DNA of 64,000 nt from an uncultured delta proteobacterium. GTDB lineage: Bacteria; Desulfobacterota; Binatia; UBA9968. The notes below the pieces were generated by a model that was given only the letters and a program-made list of their open reading frames with translations, was not told the origin of the DNA and ran no database searches. Positions 14,348-24,522 of the stretch are shown piece by piece. The position numbers were made by a program, and so were the translations under genes. Each line of letters begins with the position of its first letter. Position 1 is the stretch's first letter. The stretch lies in NCBI GenBank assembly GCA_963745835.1, contig CAVUZH010000020.1:128001-192000 (forward strand), given 5' to 3'.

Positions 14348-14555
14348 GCAGACGGATGTAAGGGAAAGAGGTGACCTGAAGAATGAAGGGCGAAAGATTT
14401 CCGCTTTCAGCTTTCATACTTCATCTTCTTAGGAAGTCCTCTGCTGCCCCGCAACTGTAAGGGCCACGAAAGCCGCACGCACTAGCCACTGTCCTTAAAG
14501 GATGGGAAGGCGCGGTGATTAGGGTAAAGCCCGAGCCAGGAGACCTATCCGACTG
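14348..14555 (+). ncRNA. Cobalamin riboswitch 2, with a 59-nt insertion in the P4 loop
   Basis: AAGGGAA-AGAGGTGA[insert]AAGTCCTCT-GCTGCCCCGCAACTGTAA...GCCACTG...GGGAAGG...GAGCCAGGAGACCT; P1 CAGACGGAT/ATCCGACTG; upstream of btuB. Confidence 0.9.
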
Positions 14556-14591
14556 TCTGACATTCCCCTTTCGCGGGAGAAGGAGGGTTCC

Positions 14592-16508
14592 ATGAAAGTC
14601 TGTTTACTTTTCTTGTTTCTCGTTTTGTTTTGCTTCTCTACATTGCCTGCCGCCGAACCGCCTGAGCCAGTCTTACCTCCAGTGTTTGTAACTTCAACGC
14701 GCACGGAAATTCCGTTGGAGCAAGTCACAACATCGGCGTCTGTAATCACCGCCAAGGATATTCAGGCTCAACAGGCAGAGACGGTCTTAGAGATACTGCG
14801 CAGTGTCCCTGGCTTAGACGTGGTGCAGACAGGTTCGCGGGGCACCACTGCCAGCGTCTTCATTCGCGGATCCGAGTCCGATCATGTTTTGGTTCTGATC
14901 GATGGTGTCGAGGTTAACAGCACGACTCTCGGCGCTTTCAACTTTGCTCACCTGACGACGGAAAATGTCGAAAGGATAGAAATTCTTCGAGGCGCCGGTG
15001 GAACGCTCTATGGCTCGCAAGCCATCGGTGGAGTCATCAACATCATCACAAAAAGAGGAAGTGGACCGGTCGAAGCGGGCATCTCGCTTGAAGGTGGTAA
15101 CGGATGGACAAACCGCCAAGTTCTGACCCTGCAAGGTGAGGCCGGAAAACTTGGTTACTCCTTCAGCGCTGCGCACATCGATAGTGATGGTTTTCGCAAG
15201 GTCAATGACGACTATCGAAACCTGTCCACCTCGGCCCGTCTTGATTATAGATTGACTGAGGATATGGGTCTCAAAGGAATCTTCCGCTTTGCCAAGACCG
15301 ACGTCGGGTTGTTCAACAATAACAACTTCGCCTCGCAGCCGGATCCAAACGCTCGCGAGGCCACTACGCAATACCTCGGCAAGTTGGAATGGGAGCAGAA
15401 CATTTTTAAGAACTGGGATTATCGAATCTCCGGATCGCTGTTCAAAGAAAACATAAAAGACACCGACGACATCGACGACTGCACTTTCCTTGAATTTCCT
15501 TGCGATCCCCAACGAACCGTCGATCGCTTCCGTCCACGGACCGATAGCGGAGAATTTCAGACGAATTATCGCTTCGACGATTGGAGCACGACGACTTTCG
15601 GCGTGGAATATAAACGCAGGTCCGCAGATACCAGCGACGGCATAGACGAAGGGATCAGAAATATGGGGTACTACTTGCAGGAACAACTGCAATTTCTCGA
15701 CAAGCGCCTGATCATGATTCCCGGCATCCGGCTGGACGACAATGAGAGCTTCGGCACCGAGTGGACGCCATCTGTTTCGGCGGCGTACCTTTTTCGCGAG
15801 ATCGGCACCAAATTAAAGGCTGGCTACGCCAAAGGGTTTAAGGCGCCGACTTTGAACGAGTTGTTCTTCCCTCCGGCTTTCGGCTGCCCGGCATTCGGCA
15901 ATCCAAATCTCGATCCGGAAAAAAGCTGGGAATTGAACGCGGGAGTCGAGCAAGACGTTTTGGCTGACCGCATCAAGATGGGAGCAACGTATTTTCACCG
16001 TGAAGTAAAGGATTTGATCGAGGGGCGGCCGATTCCCGATGATCCCTCCGGTTGTTTCCGTGCCGTCAACGTCGGCAGCGCGCGCTTTGACGGTGTGGAG
16101 ACGATGTTGCGAATCCAGATCTTTGCGCCTCTTTCCTTGGACACCCAATATACGTTTCTAAACTGGAACACCGCCGGTGGCATACTGCCGCGCCGGCCGA
16201 AACATCGCGGCAGCGTCAGCTTGAACTATTTGCAGGATGGTTTGAACGTGAATATTGCGGCCAAGATCGTCGGGCGGCGCGACGACTTCCGCGCTGCGTC
16301 TCCCTTCGGCAACACGACATCGCCGGGTTATGCGCGCGTAGACCTCGCCTCTTCTTATGCGCTCCCCTGGCGCACGGCTTGGGTCAAGCAAACCAGCGTG
16401 TTTGGCAAAATTGAGAATCTGTTTAACAAGAAATACGAAGAAGTGGATGGGTTTCGCGTCCGCCCGTTTAATTTCTTACTTGGCATGCGTGCGACTTTCG
16501 GCAGTTAA
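14592..16508 (+). CDS. btuB: TonB-dependent vitamin B12 outer-membrane receptor
   Basis: Signal peptide, TonB box (VFVTSTR), plug motifs IRGSESDHVLVLIDG and ERIEILRGA..TLYGS.AIGGVINIIT, barrel motif NLFNKKY; B12 riboswitch upstream. Confidence 0.9.
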   Translation: MKVCLLFLFLVLFCFSTLPAAEPPEPVLPPVFVTSTRTEIPLEQVTTSASVITAKDIQAQQAETVLEILRSVPGLDVVQTGSRGTTASVFIRGSESDHVLVLIDGVEVNSTTLGAFNFAHLTTENVERIEILRGAGGTLYGSQAIGGVINIITKRGSGPVEAGISLEGGNGWTNRQVLTLQGEAGKLGYSFSAAHIDSDGFRKVNDDYRNLSTSARLDYRLTEDMGLKGIFRFAKTDVGLFNNNNFASQPDPNAREATTQYLGKLEWEQNIFKNWDYRISGSLFKENIKDTDDIDDCTFLEFPCDPQRTVDRFRPRTDSGEFQTNYRFDDWSTTTFGVEYKRRSADTSDGIDEGIRNMGYYLQEQLQFLDKRLIMIPGIRLDDNESFGTEWTPSVSAAYLFREIGTKLKAGYAKGFKAPTLNELFFPPAFGCPAFGNPNLDPEKSWELNAGVEQDVLADRIKMGATYFHREVKDLIEGRPIPDDPSGCFRAVNVGSARFDGVETMLRIQIFAPLSLDTQYTFLNWNTAGGILPRRPKHRGSVSLNYLQDGLNVNIAAKIVGRRDDFRAASPFGNTTSPGYARVDLASSYALPWRTAWVKQTSVFGKIENLFNKKYEEVDGFRVRPFNFLLGMRATFGS

Positions 16509-16582
16509 ATCCGTGAAGCTGATTCAACGGAAAGCCGGTCGGACCCGTTACGTGGCAAGATCAATATCTGAATCTTAGCCGA

Positions 16583-16885
16583 ATGATCGCCGTTACCGTG
16601 ACCATCGATTTTGGTTCGGCGCCGCGTCAACCGTTGGAAGCGACGGTTACCTTGACTCACCGCAGCACGGTATTGGATGCGTTACAGATGGCAGCTCCAG
16701 TGGTCACTTCGTACAAGTTTGGCATGGATCATTTCGTCGAGGAGATCGATGGAATTAAAAATGACTTTGCTCGCGATCTCGGCTGGCATTTCGAGGTCAA
16801 CGGCTATCGTTCCAATATTCCTGCGGAGCGATACCTGATCAAAGACCGCGACTGGATCAAGTGGATCTACCTATCGGAAGTTTGA
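16583..16885 (+). CDS. Stand-alone DUF4430 (transcobalamin C-terminal-like beta-grasp) protein
   Basis: STVLDAL...FVEEIDGI.N.....GW.F.VNG......A..Y.IKD.D.I.W.Y pattern. No signal peptide and no upstream in-frame start (in-frame stop at 16520). Confidence 0.8.
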   Translation: MIAVTVTIDFGSAPRQPLEATVTLTHRSTVLDALQMAAPVVTSYKFGMDHFVEEIDGIKNDFARDLGWHFEVNGYRSNIPAERYLIKDRDWIKWIYLSEV

Positions 16886-16901
16886 CGCTGGGGAAGCACG
16901 C

Positions 16902-18479
16902 GTGAGAAAAAATGCTTTGATGATGCTTGGAACCTCCTCGCATGTGGGAAAATCGATTCTCACGGCTGGCTTAGGTCGGGTCTTCGCGTATGACGGTTAC
17001 CGCGTGGCGCCCTTTAAGGCCCAGAATATGTCGCTCAATTCTGCAGCAACGCCGGACGGCGGTGAGATCGGCAGGGCCCAAGCGCTACAAGCCGAAGCCT
17101 GCCGGGCCATAGCATGCGTGGAGATGAACCCCGTTTTGCTCAAGCCGTCGACCGATACCGGCGCGCAGGTAATCTTCATGGGCAAGATCTGGGGACAAGT
17201 CAGCGCATCGGATTACCACACGCGACGCGTCGAGCAGCTCTTTCCCGAGGTGCTCGACGCGTATAAGCGTTTATCCGCAAGTTACGATCTCATGCTGCTC
17301 GAAGGAGCCGGCTCGCCCGCGGAAATAAATCTGCAAGAACATGACATCGTCAATATGCGCATGGCGCATGCGGCTGATGCGGCATGTTTGCTGATCGGGG
17401 ACATCGATCGCGGTGGCGTATTCGCTGCGATATTGGGCACACTGGAATTGCTCGCGCCTGAAGATCGCGCCCGCATCGGCGGATTCATCATCAACAAATT
17501 TCGCGGCGATGAGTCGCTTTTACGTCCGGGCGTGACAGCGATAGAAGAACGCCTGGGACTGCCATGCGTGGGCGTGGTGCCGTATCTTGCCGATCTCGGT
17601 CTCGATGAGGAGGACGGCGTTGCCTTGGAAGAGCGTCCTTCAGCCGCGCGCCGCTGGACGTCTCTCGAGTCGGCATCAGCACGACCGCTGCGCATCGGCG
17701 TCATCGCACTGCCGCACATGGCGAATTTCACGGACTTCGATCCTCTGGCGCTTGAGCCTTCTGTCTCGCTTGCCTTTCTCGAACATGCCGATGAAGCAAA
17801 AGCAGCCGACTTGCTGATATTGCCCGGTAGCAAACAAACTATTGACGATCTTCAGTGGCTCGAGCGGCGCGGGTTCGCTCACGCAATTCGACAGCTGCAT
17901 GAAAGCGCCGTGCCCATTATCGGAATATGCGGCGGCTTTCAGATGCTCGGTAGTTCTATCGAGGATCCGCAAGGCGTGGAGAGTCATGGGAATTCGGTTT
18001 ATCAAAAGGGACTCGACCTTCTGCCGGTGCGAACCGTCCTCCGGGCGGAAAAAACCGTCCGGCGTGTTCGAGGCTGTCTTCGGTTCGATCTTTTCGGCCA
18101 TCGGCTCTCTTACCAACCCCGCTTCGAAGGCTACGAGATCCACGTTGGAGAGACGCTTTATGAGGGCGGAGCGCAGCCTCTCGCCGAGATCACGTGCGAA
18201 GGGCTCTTCGCGGCGATCGACGACGGCGCCGTGGATGCGTCTGGCCGCGTTATAGGCACTTACGTACACGGCTTTTTCGACAATGACGATTTTCGCCATT
18301 CCCTGATTCAGGCCGCACGCGCTGCACTCGGTCTCAATCCGGCGCTGACATGGGTTTATGCCGCTGCTCAGCGCGAAGCACGAATCGAACGTTTGGCCAA
18401 TCAACTAAGGGAATCCCTAAACATAAATCTGATCAAAAGCTGGCTTGTCACTCCTTGCAAGCCGAAGGCGTCGCTATGA
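16902..18479 (+). CDS. cobQ: Cobyric acid synthase
   Basis: GTSSHVGKS, PFKAQNMS, EGAGSPAEINL, DIDRGG, GICGGFQMLG and GTYVHG motifs. Confidence 0.96.
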   Translation: MRKNALMMLGTSSHVGKSILTAGLGRVFAYDGYRVAPFKAQNMSLNSAATPDGGEIGRAQALQAEACRAIACVEMNPVLLKPSTDTGAQVIFMGKIWGQVSASDYHTRRVEQLFPEVLDAYKRLSASYDLMLLEGAGSPAEINLQEHDIVNMRMAHAADAACLLIGDIDRGGVFAAILGTLELLAPEDRARIGGFIINKFRGDESLLRPGVTAIEERLGLPCVGVVPYLADLGLDEEDGVALEERPSAARRWTSLESASARPLRIGVIALPHMANFTDFDPLALEPSVSLAFLEHADEAKAADLLILPGSKQTIDDLQWLERRGFAHAIRQLHESAVPIIGICGGFQMLGSSIEDPQGVESHGNSVYQKGLDLLPVRTVLRAEKTVRRVRGCLRFDLFGHRLSYQPRFEGYEIHVGETLYEGGAQPLAEITCEGLFAAIDDGAVDASGRVIGTYVHGFFDNDDFRHSLIQAARAALGLNPALTWVYAAAQREARIERLANQLRESLNINLIKSWLVTPCKPKASL

Positions 18480-19192
18480 ACCGAGGCTTTATGGTTCGGG
18501 TGGAACAAGACGTCTTCATAGTTAGTTTTCTAACACCCGTGCGGGTATTAAGTTGGGCAGTTCTCAACGGCGGGTTTTGTTACGCCGATCACATTATCAA
18601 TCACCGAGTGCGCGGCAGCGATGGAGCTTTCTGCACCCAACCACGCTCATGGCTGCGGCGCGCTGCTGTAGATCTGGGACTTCACGGCAAGATCGTGGCG
18701 ATGGCGACTGCAGTAGAGATGGAGAACCTAAGCCAAGCTTCAATGTCCGGCGGCGGCGCCGAGGTGACATGTTTTGCGACTGTGGGTTGCGGCAATGGAC
18801 TGTCCGCAGGCGATCGGGCTTCGGTGGCGATGGAAGATCCGGCCCAAGCGTCTCTTCACACCATCAATATGATATTGACGGTTCAACCGGGTCTGTCGGA
18901 CGAAGCGATGGTCGAGGCTATTCAGGTCGCCACCGAGGGCCGCGTGCGCGCGCTCTACGAAGCCGGAATTCAGAGCTCGGCATCGAATCTCCTCGCCACT
19001 GGCACCGGCACTGACTGCATTGTCATTATTTCTCTCAATGCGGCGCGCAAAATCTATTGCGGCAAGCACACGAAGCTCGGCGAGCTCATCGGCCTGGCAG
19101 CATACTCCGCGGTGAAAAGGGGATTGACGCGAGGGGCTACCTGCAAAGGGTCAGCGCTGAAAACGAATGGCAAGCCTAAAATCGGAGAATGA
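18476..19192 (+). CDS. cbiZ: Adenosylcobinamide amidohydrolase
   Basis: LSWAVLNGG, MATA, ATVG.GN, HTIN, ATGTGTD and CGKHTKLGELI motifs. ATG at 18476 overlaps the cobQ stop (ATGA). Confidence 0.9.
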   Translation: MNRGFMVRVEQDVFIVSFLTPVRVLSWAVLNGGFCYADHIINHRVRGSDGAFCTQPRSWLRRAAVDLGLHGKIVAMATAVEMENLSQASMSGGGAEVTCFATVGCGNGLSAGDRASVAMEDPAQASLHTINMILTVQPGLSDEAMVEAIQVATEGRVRALYEAGIQSSASNLLATGTGTDCIVIISLNAARKIYCGKHTKLGELIGLAAYSAVKRGLTRGATCKGSALKTNGKPKIGE

Positions 19193-19231
19193 GCAGTGTA
19201 GGCACATGGATCATAGGGTCAGAATAAAGCA

Positions 19232-20203
19232 TTGATGGACTGGCAACCTGTCTTAAGCTCCACGGCGGCGATGATCATCGGCGCCTTCCTTTTGGATCTC
19301 GCTACCGGCGATCCGCACTGGCTGCCCCATCCGGTGGTCCTGATGGGCAAGCTTATTGCCCACGCGGAATCGGCGGTGCGCACGGGAACAGCGCGGCATG
19401 ATTTTCTCGCCGGTATGGCTCTCTCACTCTCAGTGATCGCCCTCTCCTTCCTCGGAGCTTGGTCTCTGGTCGTTCTTTTTCGCATGCTGCCTTTCTGGTT
19501 TTATTTTATTTTTATCGCCGCACTCGCCTCGACCACCTTGGCAACGCGCGGGCTGCTCGACGCTGCTAAACGAATTGAAGCCTCTCTCGTCGCTGGCAAT
19601 GTTGCCACGGCCCGGCGTAAACTTTCTCACATCGTCGGCAGGGAAACGTCCAATCTGAATCAGGACAGGGTGATGCGTGCTACTCTGGAATCTTTGGCTG
19701 AGAGCACCTGCGATGGCATCATAGCGCCGCTCTTTTATCTTTTTCTCGGCGGCGTTCCGCTGGCGATGGCCTACAAAGCGGTCAGCACCCTTGATTCGAT
19801 GATCGGCTATCGGACAGAGCGCTATTTCTACTTCGGTAAATTTGCCGCGCGGCTGGACGACGCCGTCAATTTCGTCCCCGCCCGTCTAACCGCTTTCTTC
19901 ATGATCGTCGCGGCGCCGGCGGCGCGTCTCAATGCAGTACGAGCCCTGCATGCGGTATGGCGCGATCATGCCAACCATTTAAGCCCCAACGCGGGCTATC
20001 CCGAGGCGGCCCTGGCAGGGGCATTCGGCATCCGGCTCGGGGGTCCGAGTATTTATTTCGGCAAGGAAGTCCACAAGCCCTATATCGGCGATGACTTAAC
20101 ACCGGTTCGAATCAAAATGCTAAGGGAGGGACGTATCTTATGCCTGCTCACGGCGATTCTCTCGCTCGCGAGTTTCGCGCTACTGTCAACGATGCGCGAA
20201 TAA
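19232..20203 (+). CDS. cbiB: Adenosylcobinamide-phosphate synthase
   Basis: GDP..LPHPV, IVGRET, ES.AES..DG..APL, YKAVSTLDSMIGY and SPNAGYPEAA motifs. Confidence 0.95.
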   Translation: MMDWQPVLSSTAAMIIGAFLLDLATGDPHWLPHPVVLMGKLIAHAESAVRTGTARHDFLAGMALSLSVIALSFLGAWSLVVLFRMLPFWFYFIFIAALASTTLATRGLLDAAKRIEASLVAGNVATARRKLSHIVGRETSNLNQDRVMRATLESLAESTCDGIIAPLFYLFLGGVPLAMAYKAVSTLDSMIGYRTERYFYFGKFAARLDDAVNFVPARLTAFFMIVAAPAARLNAVRALHAVWRDHANHLSPNAGYPEAALAGAFGIRLGGPSIYFGKEVHKPYIGDDLTPVRIKMLREGRILCLLTAILSLASFALLSTMRE

Positions 20204-21288
20204 AACCACGGCTTGACCGCACGCACGGCGGCGACATTGATGCTGCGGCACGAAGCGTCGGCACCGAACCTAAAGAAATCATCGATTTCAGCGCCAGCAT
20301 CAATCCGCTAGGGCCGCCGCCGTCAGCGCGCAAGGCATTTATCAATAGCTATGGCGAAATCTCGCGTTATCCTGATCCCTACGGAGAAAAGCTCAGAGAA
20401 GCTCTGGCCAAGCGCCATGGAATGAAAACCGCTGAAGTGCTGGTCGGCAACGGATCGACGCAACTCCTCTATGTGTTGTGCGCGGCTCTACGGCCGCGTA
20501 CGGCATTGGTCATTGGCCCGGCATTTTCCGAATACGCCAATGCTCTGGCGCTCGCAGGGTCGAACATTCGCTCGCTTTCTCTTAGCGTGGGCGACGGTTT
20601 CCAATTCTCGACGGAAAGACTGATGGCGGCATGGGAAAAGAACTGCGACCTGCTCGTTCTCACAACGCCCAACAGTCTGACCGGTCGGTTAATTCCAAAA
20701 AAAGAAATAGAAAACATCGCTCGGCTCGCTTTGGTCAGAAAGAGTTTTGTAGTCGTGGATGAAGCATTTATCGACTTCGTCGAAGATGAATCGGTCAAGA
20801 TGCTGGTGCAGCACAATCCGTTTGTGATCGTGCTGCGATCGCTGACGAAATATTACGCGCTGCCCGGCCTTCGCCTCGGCTATCTCATCGGCCAAGCCCG
20901 CAGAGTGGCACAGCTGGCCGCCTTTCGGGAACCCTGGTCAGTCAATGGCCCGGCGATGAGCGTGGCGCTGGCCTGTCTGGCGGATGCAGGGTTTACGGCA
21001 AAGACGGAGGGCTGGTTAGAACAGGAGAGAACTTTTTTGTTCCAGGGTCTTATGAAGCTCTATGGATTCCATCCTTTCTCATCGAGAACCAATTTCTTGC
21101 TGGTCAAGATCGAGAAGCATGGTGTCGATGCGCTGGAGCTCCGTTCCTTTCTCTTGCGCAGGAAAATTCTCATTCGCGCATGCAACGGTTTTGCAGAACT
21201 GAGCGGCGGTTTCTTTCGTGTTGCAGTTCGACGCAGAAAAGACAATCGCCGGCTGCTCGGGGCACTGAGCGAATGGACGCATCTGTAA
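20140..21288 (+). CDS. cobD: Threonine-phosphate decarboxylase (PLP)
   Basis: HGGD...DFSASINPLG, GNGS, DEAFIDF and RSLTKYYALPGLRLGY motifs; GGAGG upstream of ATG 20140. Confidence 0.92.
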   Translation: MPAHGDSLAREFRATVNDARIKPRLDRTHGGDIDAAARSVGTEPKEIIDFSASINPLGPPPSARKAFINSYGEISRYPDPYGEKLREALAKRHGMKTAEVLVGNGSTQLLYVLCAALRPRTALVIGPAFSEYANALALAGSNIRSLSLSVGDGFQFSTERLMAAWEKNCDLLVLTTPNSLTGRLIPKKEIENIARLALVRKSFVVVDEAFIDFVEDESVKMLVQHNPFVIVLRSLTKYYALPGLRLGYLIGQARRVAQLAAFREPWSVNGPAMSVALACLADAGFTAKTEGWLEQERTFLFQGLMKLYGFHPFSSRTNFLLVKIEKHGVDALELRSFLLRRKILIRACNGFAELSGGFFRVAVRRRKDNRRLLGALSEWTHL

Positions 21289-21300
21289 TAAAGTGTTCCC

Positions 21301-21831
21301 ATGGCAACAAACATTGTCTTAATCACCGGCGGCGCGCGCTCGGGAAAAAGCCGTTATGCCGAGCAGCGCGCACGAGAATTGGGACCAAGATTGCTCTATA
21401 TCGCCACCGCAGAAGTCCGGGACAAAGAAATGTGTCAGCGCATCGCGGAACATAAAAGACGACGCGGCAATGACTGGGTGACCATCGAAGAACCGCTGGA
21501 ATTGACCGCAACGCTTTTAGCGCAGCGCACCCGAATGGATTGCGCTCTGGTGGATTGTTTAACCCTTTGGCTCAGCAATCTTCTGCTTGCCTACGAGATG
21601 AAATATGCGCGGGAAAAAGTCGAACGACTTGTCGAGACCACGAGGCAGTTGGACTTCCATCTTATGTTGGTGACCAATGAGGTCGGCTGGGGCATCGTGC
21701 CAGATAATTCGCTGGCGCGCCAATTTCGCGATCTATCAGGCTGGGCCAACCAACGGATGGCTACAGTAGCAAACGAAGTCGTTCTTATGGTTGCCGGCAT
21801 TCCCATGATCGTCAAGAAAACAACCCTATGA
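21301..21831 (+). CDS. cobU: Bifunctional adenosylcobinamide kinase / cobinamide-phosphate guanylyltransferase
   Basis: GGARSGKS, YIATA, DCLTLWLSN and VTNEVGWGIVP motifs. Confidence 0.96.
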   Translation: MATNIVLITGGARSGKSRYAEQRARELGPRLLYIATAEVRDKEMCQRIAEHKRRRGNDWVTIEEPLELTATLLAQRTRMDCALVDCLTLWLSNLLLAYEMKYAREKVERLVETTRQLDFHLMLVTNEVGWGIVPDNSLARQFRDLSGWANQRMATVANEVVLMVAGIPMIVKKTTL

Positions 21832-22883
21832 CCTTGGCCGAGACGCTCAAAGAAATCCGCCCGCTTGATCGTTCGATTGAAAGCGTCGCGCAGGAGCGCC
21901 TCGACTCTCTGACCAAGCCACAGGGAAGTCTGGGAGAATTAGAAGTGCTAGCGCGCCGGATCGCGGTTATTCAGGGCAGAGTTCCGCCGAGGCTAGGGCG
22001 CAAAATGCTTTTTGTTTTTGCCGCAGACCACGGCATCACACACGAAGGCGTGAGCGCTTATCCCAGAGAAGTCACGGCGCAAATGACGTACAACTTCCTT
22101 CGCGGTGGCGCCGCAATCAACGTTTTGGCGCGCCATCACGGCGTCGAGACCGAGATCGTGGATGTCGGCGTCGATCATGACTTCACCGGATCCCTGGGCT
22201 TACGCCACCATAAAATTCGGCGCGGTACGGCCAACTTCGCCCGCGGACCCGCGATGACTCACGGCGAGGCGGAACGGGCACTGGAGTTAGGTATTCATCT
22301 CGCCGGCGAAGTCGCCCGGGAAAATGTCTTTGTTCTGAGCGCCGGCGATATGGGAATCGGCAATACCAGCAGCGCCGCAGCCATTCTTTGCGCAATCACC
22401 GGCGCTGCCCCGGCCAATGTGGTCGGCAGGGGCACGGGAATCGACGATACAACTCTAGAAAGAAAAATTGCCGCCATCGAGAGAGGTTTGGAAACAAATA
22501 GGCCCGACGTCCATGATGCCCTTGATGTTCTCGCCAAAATCGGCGGCTTAGAAATCAGCGCCATGACGGGAATGATTTTAGGCGCAGCGGCGTTGCGCAT
22601 ACCTACGGTCTTGGATGGTTTTGTAGCGGGAGCCGCTGCGCTTCTCGCGCAAAGATTTTCTCCGCATGTGCCAGATATCCTCATCGCATCCCACCTTTCA
22701 GCCGAAAAAGGCCATCGGCAGATGCTCGAACAGCTCGAGCTGAAACCTATCTTCGATCTGAAGCTGCGCCTTGGCGAGGGTACCGGCGCCTGTATCCTTA
22801 TGGGTTTGATTGAAGCCGCGGTAAAGATCATGGGCGAGATGGCTACCTTCAAGTCTGCCGGCGTGGAAGAAAGCTTCGCGTGA
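21828..22883 (+). CDS. cobT: Nicotinate-nucleotide--dimethylbenzimidazole phosphoribosyltransferase
   Basis: LTKPQGSLG, FAADHG, GDMGIGNT and LRLGEGTGA motifs. Confidence 0.96.
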   Translation: MTLAETLKEIRPLDRSIESVAQERLDSLTKPQGSLGELEVLARRIAVIQGRVPPRLGRKMLFVFAADHGITHEGVSAYPREVTAQMTYNFLRGGAAINVLARHHGVETEIVDVGVDHDFTGSLGLRHHKIRRGTANFARGPAMTHGEAERALELGIHLAGEVARENVFVLSAGDMGIGNTSSAAAILCAITGAAPANVVGRGTGIDDTTLERKIAAIERGLETNRPDVHDALDVLAKIGGLEISAMTGMILGAAALRIPTVLDGFVAGAAALLAQRFSPHVPDILIASHLSAEKGHRQMLEQLELKPIFDLKLRLGEGTGACILMGLIEAAVKIMGEMATFKSAGVEESFA

Positions 22884-23611
22884 GTTCGTTTTTCGCCGCG
22901 CTGCAATTTTTGACTCTCTTCCCATGGCCCAAGCGCATCGAGCGCTGCGCCGATGAGATCGGACAATCCGCTATTTTCTTTCCCGTTGTCGGTTTCTTGT
23001 TGGGCTCAATTTTGGTGGTGGCGAACTTCCTGCTCGAGCCGTTTGCAAGCGCGATCCTCGTCAGCGTGGTTCTGGTGACCCTCATGGCGCTGCTGACACG
23101 GGGACTTCATCTGGACGGCCTCGGCGACACTTTTGACGGCTTGGGTGGCGGCGGCGATCGCGAACGCATGCTCAGGATCATGGACGACAGTCACACCGGC
23201 GCTTTCGGACTCATCGCCATCGTGTTGGTTCTATTTTTTAAGATCCATGCCATCGAAAGCCTCGAAGTCGAACGATGGCGCGCACTGCTCGCGACACCGG
23301 TTCTGGGCCGCTGGGCAATGATCCTCCTGGGCTATCGTTCTGACGCGGCAAAACAGGGACTGGGCGCGACATTGATCGATCACCTATCGGCCAAGCAATT
23401 TCTTTGGGCTACTTTGATAAGCGTGCTTTTAGTTGCCGCGATCTTGCACGGCGTCGGAATAGCGATGATGGCCTGGGTTGCGCTCTTTACGATAGCAAGC
23501 AAAATCTATTTTCACCGCCGGCTGGGCGGCGTGAGCGGCGATACGTTTGGCGCCGTTGGAGAATTGAGCGAGACGTCTGTCCTATTCTTTCTAGCTCTGG
23601 GATTGAGATGA
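22880..23611 (+). CDS. cobS: Adenosylcobinamide-GDP ribazoletransferase (cobalamin synthase)
   Basis: TRGLHLDGLGDTFDG, IMDDSHTGAFG and GGVSGDTFGA..E motifs. Confidence 0.95.
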   Translation: MSSFFAALQFLTLFPWPKRIERCADEIGQSAIFFPVVGFLLGSILVVANFLLEPFASAILVSVVLVTLMALLTRGLHLDGLGDTFDGLGGGGDRERMLRIMDDSHTGAFGLIAIVLVLFFKIHAIESLEVERWRALLATPVLGRWAMILLGYRSDAAKQGLGATLIDHLSAKQFLWATLISVLLVAAILHGVGIAMMAWVALFTIASKIYFHRRLGGVSGDTFGAVGELSETSVLFFLALGLR

Positions 23612-24522
23612 ATTGTTGTCCACGAATACTGGCTGTCTCTTTTTTTTGCGCGTTCTTACTAATCTGGTGCGGGCTCGTTCCATTAGCTGGGGCAGCGGAG
23701 CGCCAACCGCAAAAAATCGTTTCCCTCGCACCAAGCGTTACCGAAACGCTCTTTGCGCTCGGCTTCGGCCCTCAAGTCGTTGGCGTTACGACCTATTGCG
23801 ATTATCCCGTCGAAGCGCGGAAAGTTCCCAAAATCGGCGGTTTCATGAGCCCCAGTATTGAAGCCATCATTTCGAAGCGTCCGGATTTCGTGATCGGCGT
23901 CAGCAGCGCTACGGACCCGACTAAGGCTAGAGAGCTGGAACGCTTGGGTTTTAAAGTTACGCTGATTTCGCTGGCGAGTTTGAACGATATCCTGACTTCG
24001 ATCAAGGACATAGCTCGGGTGTTGGGACGTGCGGAGGCGGGGGCGAAGCTCGTAAATGAAATCACCCGTCAAATTGATGAAACCAAGAGTCGAGTTGCAC
24101 CCGCGCCGCGTCGCTCCACACTTTTGGCAGTAGGGCTCCAGCCGCTGGTCGCAGTCGGAGGTAAAAACTATATCGACGAGCTGATTACTTTGGCCGGCGG
24201 TGAAAATATCGCTGGCAATGCGGCGCAACCCTGGCTCAATTTACCCGACGAATATGTAGTAGGCAAAGCGCCGCAGGTTATTATCCAAGCCGGTATGGGA
24301 TCGGAGCGGGGGGCATCGATCAAGAACTGGCGAGATCTGAAATCCATTCCCGCAGTGAGAGATGGGCGCGTCTACTCCTATCAATCCGATAAAATTCTCC
24401 GCCCCGGCCCGCGCGTCGGCGAGGGATTGCGAGAAATCGCCCGCCTGGTGCATCCGGAATGTTTCGCGAAATCCGAGCGCGGCCCAAATAGTGAGAGCAG
24501 ATGTGAAAGTTCTCGACCGTAG
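23608..24522 (+). CDS. btuF: Cobalamin ABC transporter substrate-binding protein
   Basis: Signal peptide, KIVSLAPSVTETLFALG, VGVTTYCDYP and RPGPR motifs. ATG at 23608 overlaps the cobS stop. Confidence 0.9.
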   Translation: MNCCPRILAVSFFCAFLLIWCGLVPLAGAAERQPQKIVSLAPSVTETLFALGFGPQVVGVTTYCDYPVEARKVPKIGGFMSPSIEAIISKRPDFVIGVSSATDPTKARELERLGFKVTLISLASLNDILTSIKDIARVLGRAEAGAKLVNEITRQIDETKSRVAPAPRRSTLLAVGLQPLVAVGGKNYIDELITLAGGENIAGNAAQPWLNLPDEYVVGKAPQVIIQAGMGSERGASIKNWRDLKSIPAVRDGRVYSYQSDKILRPGPRVGEGLREIARLVHPECFAKSERGPNSESRCESSRP

